Shown one piece after another: positions 12,856-26,142 of a stretch of DNA of 64,000 nt. The notes below the pieces were generated by a model, which was not told the origin of the DNA, ran no database searches, and was given only the letters and a program-made list of their open reading frames with translations. How positions within the stretch are numbered: position 1 is the first letter of the stretch; each line of letters starts with the position of its first letter. The DNA is from Octopus vulgaris (Eukaryota). The stretch covers positions 95,976,001-96,040,000 of the forward strand of contig OX597815.1 of the NCBI GenBank assembly GCA_951406725.2, in the 5' to 3' direction. The position numbers and the translations under genes are program-made.

Positions 12856-15312
12856 TATATATATATATATATATAGCATACATAGGTACAGAACGTCACC
12901 AACTGTGTAAACAACATGAAGTAAGAAACCAATCGAGTTCAATACGCAAACAACGAGATAAAAAAGTTTTCATGCACATGTTTTATAGGGTAGGGAAATG
13001 AATTAGAAAGTGCTTACTTACAACTTTATGCCAAAAAGTTCGTGTCATTATATTTTTCTAATTTTATGCTTCAATAGCTAATAACTTCCAAGTTTTCGTT
13101 CAAGTGTCTATTGTTGTATACATTATTATATTTTTGATATATTGTTGTGCATAATTATGGGTATTATTTCCTCTCTGACTCGACATCATGTTTATGGCAA
13201 TATATTTATAGATATCGTTTCTATAAAAAATATTCAAAATTAACACGATAAAAAATATGGCATATTTCACTGTTTAGCAGTCGATTCCGTATCATGATTA
13301 GTCTCCATATTTCAAAGGGATTTGATAACATTTTCTAATTTCATATCTCTACCAACCGTGGACATACTAATATAATCAAATATATCCCTAAACTCTCATA
13401 CGTATGTATATCGTTTTCTTTTCCAACCGCTGCACCACAACAGCATCTCAATATCTGCTCACTTCATTTTAATTTATTCATCATTTATTCATTCACGACT
13501 TTCCCATTTGTAGATAATGTCAAAGTTTTGAGAATTACTGCATGCAATTAGAATTTTTCAAAGCAAAATTTGAATTTTTCAAATCAAATGAGGTAGGTCG
13601 ATTTATACACGAAAACAGCTATGGATAACTATAGTGACAATGCTCGAATATTAACATCCCATGTTTACACAATATTCTACATCGAGATGTATATGTATGG
13701 GGAAATCGGTAGATATTTATTTTCTATAAGTAACAAACTCACGGATCTCCCTTCGAACCTCCTTAAAATGCGTATATCTCAAGCCATCGCTAGTATCCTA
13801 TATTTTAAATTTAACCTTCAAAAAGACTGTCTATGTTGACGCAGATTATATATCTTATCATCAAGTGAATCGTAGGTAGGTATATTTGTTCGCATTTGTT
13901 TTGCATAAAAAGAAAATTCACTTATTTAGTGTCCTGTCAGTTGAAACTTAATAAAAATAAAAACTGAAAATGAATAGGAATAGAGAAGGAGCGACAATAC
14001 ACAAATTGTTATGTGGAAAATTCTGATAATGAAAGCAAATAATTTAAGTTTCTGTAATAAAATGAAACGTACGAGAACATTCTTGGGAATGCTAATCAAA
14101 ACTTTAAATGAATGGGCGAAAGAAATTCGAAATCAAAGATAGAAAAAGTTGTTGAAAATTACATATAATCAATTTGTCTGTGAAGTAAGATATCTAATAC
14201 ATGAATTTTAATAAAACTCTACCAAGTGATGAATAGGATTACAAGATTAAAATTAACAATGGCGAATAAATTCTGTTCAGAAAATTAAGGATGTTGACAT
14301 GACGTATTTCATTAGAAAACTTATTTTCTTCTATGTTTATCAGTAATTGCTTCGGACTTACAAGATGGTAGCTAATTAAAAATAAATGGTGGTGGAGCTG
14401 ATCATGAAAAATATCTCTTAACAAAAATATCTTTATTCTATCTGCAGTTTCTTGTAGTTATAAAGTTACGTCATCGACTAGTTATTGGGTATTTTCTTTT
14501 GACATATTTCGAATTAGAATAATGTGCGATGTTTAAACCAAACGTTGACTACTTTCAAACAGATTTATTTCCGTTATAACGCATAATATGGATGTTATAT
14601 TGATTTCTCATATAATTGTGCAGAGTTGAAGACTTGATCCTGTAGTTTCCCACATAATATAGTCTTATATTATTACTGAATGTATGTTGGACGATTCTAA
14701 AGTTCGACCATGTTCCAAGAATTACTACAAATATGAGTAAGTGAAGAATAATATTTTTCACATCATGAATGAGAATTAAACGCACAGTAGTTTGCAACAT
14801 TATACAATCGATCATAAATATCACTGTGGTACACAAAACACATGGCATATTTGATGTTGATACAACATTTATGCTCTTTATATACCAAACAAATGCAACA
14901 TTGCCATCTACTTTCTATAGTGTTTCTCCTTTATCTGGATTTTATTACACTTATCCAACCAAAGTATCAACATGAAAATGTGGAATAGTCTGATTATAGT
15001 GGTACACTAAATGTAATAAATTATAAAAGAGTTCCATAAATCGTTGAGAGATACATTCGCTACAGGACATTGATAAAAAGAACAATAGTAACTCGTATCA
15101 TCCGTTTCCCTTGCAAAATCTAGAATTTATTAATTTTAATAGTATATTACATGGTTTTATTCATAACTATACTAATCTAGAAGTACATCTTAAACTATAG
15201 GATACTGTAGAAATTATGCATGTATTTTTATTTGTATTTTTACATATTTGTGCATTTGAAACTGTGTGCATATATGTCTACATGCACACACACATTTAAA
15301 AAGATTTATAGG

Positions 15313-15487
<175 letters not shown>

Positions 15488-15591
15488 GTATAGATATCTA
15501 TATATATATATGTGTGTGTGTGTGTGTACTAACGAGCTTCCTGTGCTCAAGCCAAGTTTGTACGTTGTCTCTCTTTTGTAAGTTGGCCACT

Positions 15592-15866
15592 GAAAACACT
15601 AAATAAAATTGATAATATTTCAGGATTCTCATGTCATTTAAATTAATCTGACCATTCCCCAGATAACTCAGCACTTAGTTTCCGAAATCGGAATGGGGAA
15701 GGCTAGTTGGTGGTGTATTGGTTCCTATCTCTAGCAATCCACGTACCGACTATTTCACCGTAACTTGTTTTTTCTCCCTAATTCCATTTCTATCTGTCTC
15801 ACGTATTTTTTCTCTTTCGAGAGAAAAAGAGGTAGAAGTAGTGAGAGAGAGACACAGATATACAAC

Positions 15867-15924
<58 letters not shown>

Positions 15925-16276
15925 GAGAGAAATAATGAGACCGATAAAGATATAGTGAGGTGCATATGTAAAGGGAGAAAGTAGAGGTCCGACGTCTCGT
16001 TGGGTTTTTTTCCGTAATCCTATTTAAATTATGTAAGGTAATATTGAAATACCTTTCAACAACATTTATTGTGCCAATATGTGTCTTATGAATACTGTTG
16101 AGCACAATACAGCCGATGCCCGGGAGTGTGTGTGTGCGTCCATGTGTGTGACTTCTGTCCCTTCCTCCACTATGTCTCACTGTTTTTTTTCTCCCTAACA
16201 CCTTCTATTCTTCACGTATTTTTCCTCCAGAAAGAAAAAGAGATAGAGATAGTGAAAGAGAGGCACACATATGTAA

Positions 16277-16345
<69 letters not shown>

Positions 16346-16649
16346 GAGACATAGAAATAGAGAAAGTAGAGGTCCGGCGGTAACTTCAAAGGAATAACTG
16401 TAATGTATAAACTTGGAGAAATTTGGAGGTGGGTTGAGTGATAGGCGGATTATTTTTTTTTCACTTTGTTAACTACATTACGGTTAAGTAGACAGTACGC
16501 GGATTACTAGAAAACGGATTCAATGCACCACCAACTCCCATGATGGCACAATAAATGCAGAAGTATCTGAGGAATGGTCAAATTAATTTAAATGACAGGA
16601 AAATCATGCTGAAATATTATCAAATTCAGTTAGTGTGTTAGTGTTTTCC
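15592..16649. mobile_element. Foldback/MITE-like element with ~170-bp imperfect terminal inverted repeats and an internal direct repeat
   Basis: 15592-15763 is the reverse complement of 16476-16649 (e.g. GTCATTTAAATTAATCTGACCATTCC vs GGAATGGTCAAATTAATTTAAATGAC); 15766-15995 resembles 16182-16380. Confidence 0.7.
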
Positions 16650-16776
16650 ACGGTCTACGTACAAAGAAACATACTTTGCTTTTTAAAAGAATATAAATAA
16701 ATATTCATGCACCCAAAGTTACACACGCACGCATACACACGCGCACATACACACACACATATATATACACACACAG

Positions 16777-16864
<88 letters not shown>

Positions 16865-17015
16865 CACAGAGTCATATATATATATGTATATGTAATATAA
16901 GTATGTATATATATGTACCCTCCTTCTTTCCTTCTTTCCTGAGCGTCCAATAATACTATATTTGTTCCTCGTCCTCGCGTTGTTGTGTTTTTTGTGTTTT
17001 CTTGTTTGGATTTAC

Positions 17016-17076
<61 letters not shown>

Positions 17077-18704
17077 TTGTATTGCGAGATAAAAGTAGAA
17101 AGGTTAGTAAAGAATAAATCAAATCCCAAAATTTTTATATTTTATAGTTTTCAAAAAAATTGTTTGTTTTCAAAAATACAGTAAGGTTATATTTTCATAT
17201 ACATGAAATGGCTATGAAGGTCCAGTAGAGTGTACTAAGAATCAAAGGGATTCATACGTGAAAAAATGGTTGCGAAGCAAGCACTGGATTAGAATGATAT
17301 TACCTCAACATGTAAATACGAATAAACACTTCCGACCATTCCTTATAATTTTAATTAAAATTTCAATTATAATGCTGTGCATGCATCCATACTAATCTAT
17401 CAATTGTTGTTACAGATTGTCTCTTTTAAACATATATAATGAAATTTGCATAAGTTTGCATTACCTTTTATTATTTTCATTTAATTGGAATCGAATTAAC
17501 TCAATTTTGCCCCGTTATAGTTTCTTACATGCATTATACCACTTCCTTGTCTATAAAGTATATTGTTTTACTCTTCATACCATTCATATGCATTAACGAG
17601 ATTGTGCATACATGCATACATACATACATACATACATTCATACATACATACATATATGTGTGCGCGTGTACAACGAAGTATCAAGTCATAAAATTTGTAA
17701 TAATACAGTCAAACGAAATAGTAATATTTTGGAAGCATTATATACATGCATTTTAGATCTTCAGTAATATGCAACTGGAAATGCATTCTTTTGCGCAATC
17801 TTTTCTTCGTTGTGTACGTTTCAAAGTTACAATACATTTTGAAATATCTCCTGAAGATAAATGTACAATGTATGGCGGACAAGTGCTCAATTTGCTAATC
17901 CTGTTGGCAAATATGCGTGAAGTTGGGCACCACCATCGTGAATGCCGTTTGGTTTTAGATTCTCGTTCGATCTCCTCCTCCTTTTAGATTCTCTAAGAGT
18001 TCTGAATGTCTCAATGTATCCTCCTGCTGTATATGTTAGAGTCCAGATACAGAAAACCATGGACATTGAAGTCCTTCTCTTCTTCCACAACAAAACTCGA
18101 AACGTTGCAGTATCCATCAGTGTCTCTGGAAATGTATTATACTTGATGAAGAAATGTAACACCGCTCCATATGTTGAGCCTTCGTTATCACATGATAAAT
18201 ATGTAGCCACGTTTCAGATAGGAAAGAAATTTCTTTTCAGAGGCTTCTTGTAGATCAGAGCAGGATTCCAGTATTATCTCCTTCACATTAAGTATCAACT
18301 GACGCAGAACCCAATCTGCAGATACTATGCTGCAACCAAAGACTTCCAACATATGTCATGCGATTACAGTCCAATTTTGCAGGATGCCACGGATTTCGAA
18401 TTGTATTTTCACAAGATTAAAGTTGAACTCTCGGTGGCAATTCGTGTTTGTTTGTAACTGATGGTCCCGTACTGCATGGTGATAATCTTCAATCATAGAA
18501 TCTTTTTTTCTTTAAACTTGTTCATCCATACGTGTAAACTATTGTTTTCAATGGTGTCATCTCCTCCACCATCTGGTAGAGTATTGTGTATTTTTAAGTA
18601 TCAGTGACATCACGTAACTACTGCTTGCAACGTGAATACGAACTCAACGCATGCAGACACGGAAACAAAATAACGCCAGGTTATTAATCAGATATCTAAC
18701 AGCT

Positions 18705-18757
18705 CTACCACTTCATTCTCTGTTCCATTACTACCACTTCATTCTCTGTTCCATTAC
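18705..18757. repeat. 26-bp perfect tandem duplication
   Basis: CTACCACTTCATTCTCTGTTCCATTA occurs twice in tandem. Confidence 0.85.
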
Positions 18758-19726
18758 TAGATTAGTGGATGCTATACAGCATATTATATCAATCGATTAG
18801 AATATGTTTGCCGTGAGAACTTATGCCATGCTAGTACTTGACGATGATATAAGCAATGAAAACACGCTTGTTACATTTGAGTATTTACATCCTGTACGAA
18901 AATAATAATCTTATTGGCTTAATTATGTCTTCAGGTCTCAAGTGTAAACACATGGAATCGTTATCGCTACCGACTTGGTAATTAGCTTTTTATGCAAATT
19001 GAAACATATTCTCACAGACAGTATTCTAAATAAAGTGATTTTATATCTCTTCGCCAAATTGTCTCCAGTAGCAAGAAATTATTCATCGAACTTAGTTTTT
19101 GTCGTTGCTGTTGTCTATCCACAAAGCGTCCCTGACCGAGCCGATGTATAACCAAGTGTATTCGAGATATGAAGAGCTTGTGATATTGGAAGCATTATCC
19201 AATGGGACATTTCTTTCTAAGACTGTGAAATATATATCATTGGTCACAAATACATAGTGTGTGCTTCGTTCATAATGCGCCCTGGGTAAATTTGGCTACT
19301 AAGTATGGATTCTCTAACGACCATATAGGGGTTGCTCTTTTATACATGAGTTATACATTAATATTACTATAGTATTTAATATTTCATAAAACAAATTATT
19401 AATACACATTTTCGAGAGTATGTTCGGAAGAAAGTTATTCTTTACATCTCTAACAATCAAAACACCAAATAAAATTTATTGCTGTTGTATGTGAGTAACT
19501 TGATCTTTGTACAATAACACTTGGATACTAGAAACGATTTTCCCTGCTGTATTTGAGTCTTGAAAATAGATATCTGTGAAAGTGGAGAACGAGTATATAG
19601 CTGCAGAAAATTAATTAACAGTGTAGTTAGAGCATTGTTTTCCAGTAACATGATGTCGAATACGTAAAACTTTTCAACTAATGGTAGTTCGTACGGAAAG
19701 ATTGTGCTGGATCCGGGAAACCTGTG

Positions 19727-19808
<82 letters not shown>

Positions 19809-19839
19809 ATGTATATGTATGTGTGTATGTGTCTGCATT

Positions 19840-19906
<67 letters not shown>

Positions 19907-19920
19907 ATATATATATATAT

Positions 19921-20540
19921 AAGTAAATAAATGGAGTTGAACGAAGATGTTATTGAAATTCGTTTACTTTCTATTGAAGTAAAGTGCAAGTTAAACTAAC
20001 TTTTCAAACTACAAAGGCTGGCGAAATCACTTATATGAGGTAAAGTTATGTTTCTGCCAGTGTTTACGTTTGTAAGATCGCTCTATAATTGTGTTAACAA
20101 GGTGACTCTTAGAGAAGAGAATATGGAAGAGTTCAGAGTTGCAAATGTTACAAAATTCCTTGCCCTTATCGTAAGGAAAAGATATGGACAGGATGAACCA
20201 ATCTAACTTAAAATCATTATTGTTGTCTTTAAGATGCCAAACCAATTCTATAACTCTGCCTTGGTAAAAGCAGGCTATAAAGGGAAAGTGACATACATTG
20301 ATTCTGCTGAATCTAGTCCATTATCTACTTTTCAAGACAAAATATCTAGTTGTAATAATAAGAGTCATTTTAATTCTAATATTGTAAACAACACAATACA
20401 TAATATAAATCCTTTACGGAGGAAGAGAGGCAAACATTATTTTAGCTCAAATTTTCACTCTAGATATTTTTCATCTTCCTTTGAAGATAATACCACTTAC
20501 AAGTTAAATGTTACTAGGAAAAATATCTGGTTTGTAATTC
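19921..20540. mobile_element. Penelope-like remnant with internal inversion
   Basis: Minus 20027-20246 is the GIY-YIG C-terminus (LVWHLKDN..CNICNSE); plus 20246-20540 is an RT-to-endonuclease linker-like stretch (FYNSALVKAGY...RKNIWF). Confidence 0.7.
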
Positions 20541-21139
20541 CGCACTTTCGCCATATCATATCTTTATCACTGTCACAATGCCTTATGCGCATGCGTGCTT
20601 ATAGCCGGTACTATTGTGGTCATGTGATGGAAGTGTGAGCCTGATCGCGTCATATTTTTTTTGACAATACAGTGTAACATGGCAGCTCCACTAGCAATGT
20701 GCACCAAAGAAAAACAAAGACCAGTGATCCGAGAGATGGTAATGGTGAACGCGTTCATCATTATCATCTCTCGAGCTTAATGCATCTTCTCGTCAGTAGT
20801 AAATGTTTAGGGGCGGCCTGCTTCCTCTTTGTGCATCATCCTTGTCCGGTTGCGGTGTCCATATTGTGCAGAAAATCTCCGATGAATTTCAGCACCTGAC
20901 GCACTTTCCAACTAGAGAAATCGGATTGCTACTCCTTGTTCTTCATTGGTACACATTGCAAATGGAGTAGCCATGCTTACACTGTAAAGCCAGAATGAGA
21001 AAATGGCGCCATCATGCTCAAACTTTGTTCACATGACCACAATAGTAGCAACTATTATGACGCATGCGCTGAAGGCAGTGTGACAGTAATAAGGATATGT
21101 GAATGCGAAAGTGCTGATAATTTTCGAATTCCCCTCGTA
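20535..21139. mobile_element. Mariner-derived foldback (two 5' ends in inverted orientation)
   Basis: Right end reads TACGAGGGGAATTCGAAAATTATC on the minus strand (mariner-type TIR plus TA); both arms encode a mariner N-terminus (MAAPLAMCTKEKQRPVIR / MATPFAMCTNEEQGVAIRFL); palindromic centre at 20731-20772. Confidence 0.8.
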
Positions 21140-21213
21140 TATATAGTATCATACCATATATCAGCTGGCTGCCGATGAAATGCATTAACTTTAATGAGTT
21201 TATCCTTTAATAA

Positions 21214-21257
<44 letters not shown>

Positions 21258-21492
21258 GAATAATATCAGGGTAATAAAGGTTTTTAAAATTTTTACTACC
21301 AGTGGCCTAGCGTTTGGAAAAATTAGGCAATAGCCTATTATTCATATAAAATACAGTTTACATTTAAACACTTTAAGAGGTATCCATCAAAGGACTCCCT
21401 TACACTAGAAGGTTTGAACTTTAGCTCTTCCTTCTAGCGTAAGGGAGTCCTATGATAGACACCTCTTAATTTGCTTAAATGTACACTGTATG

Positions 21493-21523
<31 letters not shown>

Positions 21524-21679
21524 CATATGGAATTGAAAAAAAAAACAAAAGAAGATATGTGTGTAAACAACAAACAGGTGTATTAGTTTAGCGCTCGGTA
21601 AGTGAGAAACTCTTTTACGTTTGAGCCTACCCTGTTCAACAGAAAGGATCGCATATATTGTGTTACGTTTTTCCAGTTC

Positions 21680-22878
21680 AAGAACTGTAACCATGCTGAG
21701 ACAATTGTGGCCATGCTGAAACACCAACATTTACTTTGCTACACTTTCACTAAAACTCCTCGGCTGTATAACATTTGGTGGATGAAGGACTTTGACGTGT
21801 TTCCCTAATCCATGTGTGTTGCCTTGGGGTAAGTTCATCCGGAACTCTTGACTGAAGCAGATCTAGTTTTGTTTTGAGACGGTCTACATCTGCAGGTCCC
21901 CCAAGCTTTGTGAGGGAATATTGAAGAGCTGTGTACATTTGAAGCCTAAGCATTTGCACTATCTTCTTCTGTATCCTGGTGTTAATGTTGACGTTTTTGG
22001 TACCATGTATTGGCGCCCCGTCCTACTGTTAATGAAGCTGACAATTTCAAATTTGGCACAAGTTTTTCTATGATATTCCTGGTGTATATTACTGTATATC
22101 TTTCCCGCTATCGCTCCAGAGAGTAGGGCTTTAACGCTTTCAGTCTCTCCTAGTAGCTGTGTTATTGCAGTGTATCGATCTTCCTTGTATATCTTCGTTG
22201 GATCGCCTCGCGTTTCGTCGTTAATTTGAGAGTTTCGTGATCACAGTTGGGAGAAATAAGCCAGACATCTGAGAACAAAATACTCCAGATGGATCATCAT
22301 GGTTACTGATGCTCTTGTTTTGATAGGTCGAAGGAATAGAGTCGGCCAAACATCTGTATTTTATTGCCAACTTTGTAATGTGCACTTTGAAAGATGCATC
22401 ATTACACATGTCGATACATAAACCACACATTGATTTTGGTTCAGGAATTGGAATCCCTCCAGGGCCAGTGTATCCTAATTGCTTCTTATTGATCTTACTG
22501 TGTAGGTAGATCCGAGCATGGAATTTTTCAATATTACCCTGCATGATATTTTCCTCAGTCCACCTGTATATTGCGTCTAACTCACGTTTTAGATGCACGA
22601 ATTCTGCAGCTCCCAGTATAACAAGAGTGGCTATTTCAGCGGTTGAAGGCATCTCAGAGTGGGCCAATATGAATAAGAGGAACCCCAGGACAGTGCTCTT
22701 ATTTTAGTTTCCTTGGAGGGGATTCCAATGGTCACCGCGTCCGGACTTATTTCTCTTAGAGCATCATATAGCCATTCTCCAAGTTGGCCAAATACGCCAA
22801 GATTTCGGAACTTGTAACAAATAATACCATGGCCGACTTTGTCAAAGGCTTTTCCCAAGTGGAGGTACATAACATCCA
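21680..22878 (-). mobile_element. CR1/L2-group LINE reverse transcriptase 3' fragment, degenerate
   Basis: DVMYLHLGKAFDKVGH (YLDFxKAFDKVxH), ELDAIYRWTEENIM, EAIQRRYTRKI motifs with stops and frameshifts. Confidence 0.8.
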
Positions 22879-23183
22879 CACACACACACACAAACACACA
22901 CACACAGACACACACACACACACATACACACACACACAGACACAGACACACTCACACTCATAGTTGCATGCAGATGCACACAGACACACAAACACAAACA
23001 CATACAAATAATTAATGTAAACAACAGTTCGCAATGTATCATCAAAAACGAAAATTATAACCCTCATGAAATATGACTAGGGTGTTAGAAACGCGGAAGA
23101 TGGAACATACTCAACACTTAAATATTAACTTATATAAGCATACATACATACATACTTACATACATACATACGTACATATATGT

Positions 23184-23255
<72 letters not shown>

Positions 23256-23369
23256 ATATATATACAAACATATATGTGTGTGTGTACCTATGTATATACG
23301 TGTATATATATAAGTCAATATTTAAATCTTGGGTATATTCAATTTTCCGTTTCTATCAAATATATATAT

Positions 23370-23464
<95 letters not shown>

Positions 23465-23467
<3 letters not shown>

Positions 23468-24290
23468 AGGATTTACGAAAACAAACGAAAGAGGAAGACA
23501 GGTGGTGTACAAAAAAAACAGATGTATTAATATAACGCTCAGGAGTAGAAAGTCTTTTACGTTTTGAGCCTACGCTCTTCTACAGAAACGAACACAGAAA
23601 AAACATGGAGAGAAACAAGGAGAGAAAAAATGTGTGTAGTGGCTAACGATCTATCGGACAGAAGGGTCACACACGAGAAGGAAAGTAGGGGAGATAAGAA
23701 AGTAAAGATGACCCCCAACACGAAGGTGCGTGTGTGTATATGAGAGTATGTAAGTGCCTATGAAAGAGGGCTGGTGGTCTGGACGTGTGCGTGTATGTAT
23801 GTGTAGGTGTGAAAATGTGGGAATGTGTGTGTGGGTGGTGTGTTGTGATGTGATGTGTAATGTTGTATGGTCTAGAGTGGTGTGATGTTGTTCAGAGGTG
23901 GGGGAGGTGAGAGTGGGGAAAGCACGGGTTGGGTGTGGGTTCGGCTGAGGGTTGATGTAGAGCTGGAGTTTGTAGTTAGGCAGAGGGTGGGGTATGTGGG
24001 CGAGGGTGTGTGGAACAGGATGCGTGGATGGAAAGGATGGGAATAGTGGAGTAGTAATGTGTAGGGATGGGTGGGCTTATGGGGGGAGGGGAAGGTGAGT
24101 ATGAGAGGAGAGAGAGGAGGAGAGAAGAGAGAAATAGAGGGTGAAAGAGTAGGAGAGAAGAGAGAAATAGAGTATGCAAGTGTAAGAGAGAAGAGAGAAA
24201 GAGAGAAAGAGAGTAGGGGTGAAGAGAAGTAGGAGTTGGGGAGGAGGTTAGATGAAGAGGGGAGGAGAGTTGAGCCTAAATGGCGTAATA
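23465..24290 (-). mobile_element. Penelope-like 3' terminus with pyrimidine-rich UTR and degenerate hammerhead-like motif
   Basis: Ends in TPFRLN (cf. the PxGLN C-terminus of PLE endonucleases); CTGTAGAA-GAGC-GTAG-GCTC-AAAA-CGTA-AAAG at ~23552-23590; related copy at 21535-21650. Confidence 0.55.
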
Positions 24291-24317
24291 TATATACATA
24301 CATACACACACACACAC

Positions 24318-24359
<42 letters not shown>

Positions 24360-24374
24360 GTATATATACATACA

Positions 24375-24690
24375 GTGAAGGCAAATGGCTCTGTGGTTAG
24401 AGCATCGAGCATACGATCGTGAGGTTCTGAGTTCGAATCCCGGACCGGGCTGCATGTTGTGTTCTTGAGCAGGACGCTTTATTTGACGTTGCTCCAGTTC
24501 ACTCAGCTGTATAAATGAGTTGTGACGTCATAGATGCCAAGCAGCCTTTCCCTTGGATAACACTGGTGGGGTGGACAGGGAAAGGCCGGTTTGCACGGGT
24601 GACTGCTGATCTTCCATAAACATCTTGTGCTTGGGAGAGTAACTTTCTAGGTGCAATCCTATTCAGTCATTATCGAAGGGGGTCTCAGCA
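24375..24690 (+). mobile_element. tRNA-derived SINE
   Basis: A-box TGGCTCTGTGGTTAGAG, B-box GAGTTCGAATCC, TTGTGTTCTTGAGCAGGAC central domain. Confidence 0.75.
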
Positions 24691-24719
24691 TCAGCACATA
24701 CATACACAATGTGTGTCTA

Positions 24720-25672
24720 TATCTCTAAAAGTCTTGAGCCTAAAAAAATCAAACAAAACAAAATGTAGTACAAGACTTCTGATGATTTATTTTTCAACAT
24801 AATCCCTTTTGATGTCTGAACACTTTCTGAAGTGCCATTTTCCCGGCATAGAGGAACTCTTTTGTTTGAGACTCTAAGAAACTTCCTACAGTGTCTCTGG
24901 CGTCATTCTCAGGGGCAAAATGGCAACCAGCCAAGGCTTTTTTTCATTTTCGGGAATAGATGAAAGTCAGAGGGGGATAAGTCTGGCGAATAACGCTGGT
25001 GGCGAACAAGCTCGTATCCACAATCACGAATTGTTGCCGTGGCAACCACTGCGGCGTGGGCTGGAGCTTTGTCGGGATGAAAAACGACTCCTCTGGTGAG
25101 CATTCCTGGCCTTTTTCCTTTGATTGCTTCCTGGAGGCATTACAGTACCTGAGAATAATACAACACTGTCACGGGTGTGACCATTTTCAAGGTAATCGAT
25201 CAGCAAGAACCTTGAAAATCTCAAAAAACTGACGCCATGACCTTGCCAGCTGAAGGAATGACCTGGCCTTCTTTGGGTTAGGTGAAGATGTATGCTTCCA
25301 CTACTTTGATTGTTCTTTGGTTTCAGGCTGGTAGTGATGAACCTAACTTTTGTCCATAGTAATAAAACGAGCAAGAAAATTCTCTTCATCGGCTTCAAAC
25401 AGTTCCAAATTTCTCGTGGACAAAGTGCACCTGGTGCGTTTCTGTTCAGGAGTCAAAAGGCGAGGGAGCCACCTTGCAGAAACTTTTGAGTTCTTTTGTC
25501 ACAATGTTGTCTGCTCTTTCATTTGAGATGTCCAGTCTCTCGCTACCTGGCGACATGATATTCGGCGATCTTGCATTATCATACCAAGAGCATGGTCAAT
25601 GTTGTCCTCGGTGGTTGTAGTTGCAGGCCTCCCTGGTGTGGATCATCTTCCACACTCTCCCTACCACTAAAT
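24720..25672 (-). mobile_element. Mariner transposase pseudogene lacking its 5' end
   Basis: GRESVEDDP, WLPRLL, FHPDKAPAH, YSPDLSPSDFHLF motifs with frameshifts; cut off at the palindrome. Confidence 0.9.
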
Positions 25673-25676
25673 TTTG

Positions 25677-26049
25677 ACTACTAAAATAAATAAATTGTAC
25701 CGAATGCAAAACTTGAAAGCAAGTCATTTAAAAACAGAATTTAGTTACATATCACCTTTGATTTCGCAATCAATGCAGAATATGCATTCTATGCTCTTCA
25801 GTGCAACGAACTCAAGACATGTAAGGAAAAAACACAATATAGCATACCCGACAGTCAACCCGTAGAATTGACTGTCGGGTATGCTATATTGTGTTTTTTC
25901 TTTACATGTCTTGAGTTCGTTGCACTGAAGAGCATAGAATGCATATTCTGCATTGATTGCGAAATCAAAGGTGATATGTAACTAAATTCTGTTTTTAAAT
26001 GACTTGCTTTGAAGTTTTGCATTCGGTACAATTTGTTTATTTTAGTAGT
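25677..26049. repeat. Near-perfect palindrome: 182-bp arms, 9-nt spacer
   Basis: 25677-25858 is the reverse complement of 25868-26049 with ~3 mismatches seen by eye; spacer CCCGTAGAA; the arm is an interspersed repeat also at 47555-47763. Confidence 0.95.
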
Positions 26050-26103
26050 TTTGACTGCAAGAGTCCCTCCTAGCGTGCGGTACCTATGAATAATAGTACC
26101 CTC

Positions 26104-26142
<39 letters not shown>

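Noticed and set aside
13960-15000. Possible decayed coding region
   Set aside because: Stops occur in all frames examined and I could identify no motif.
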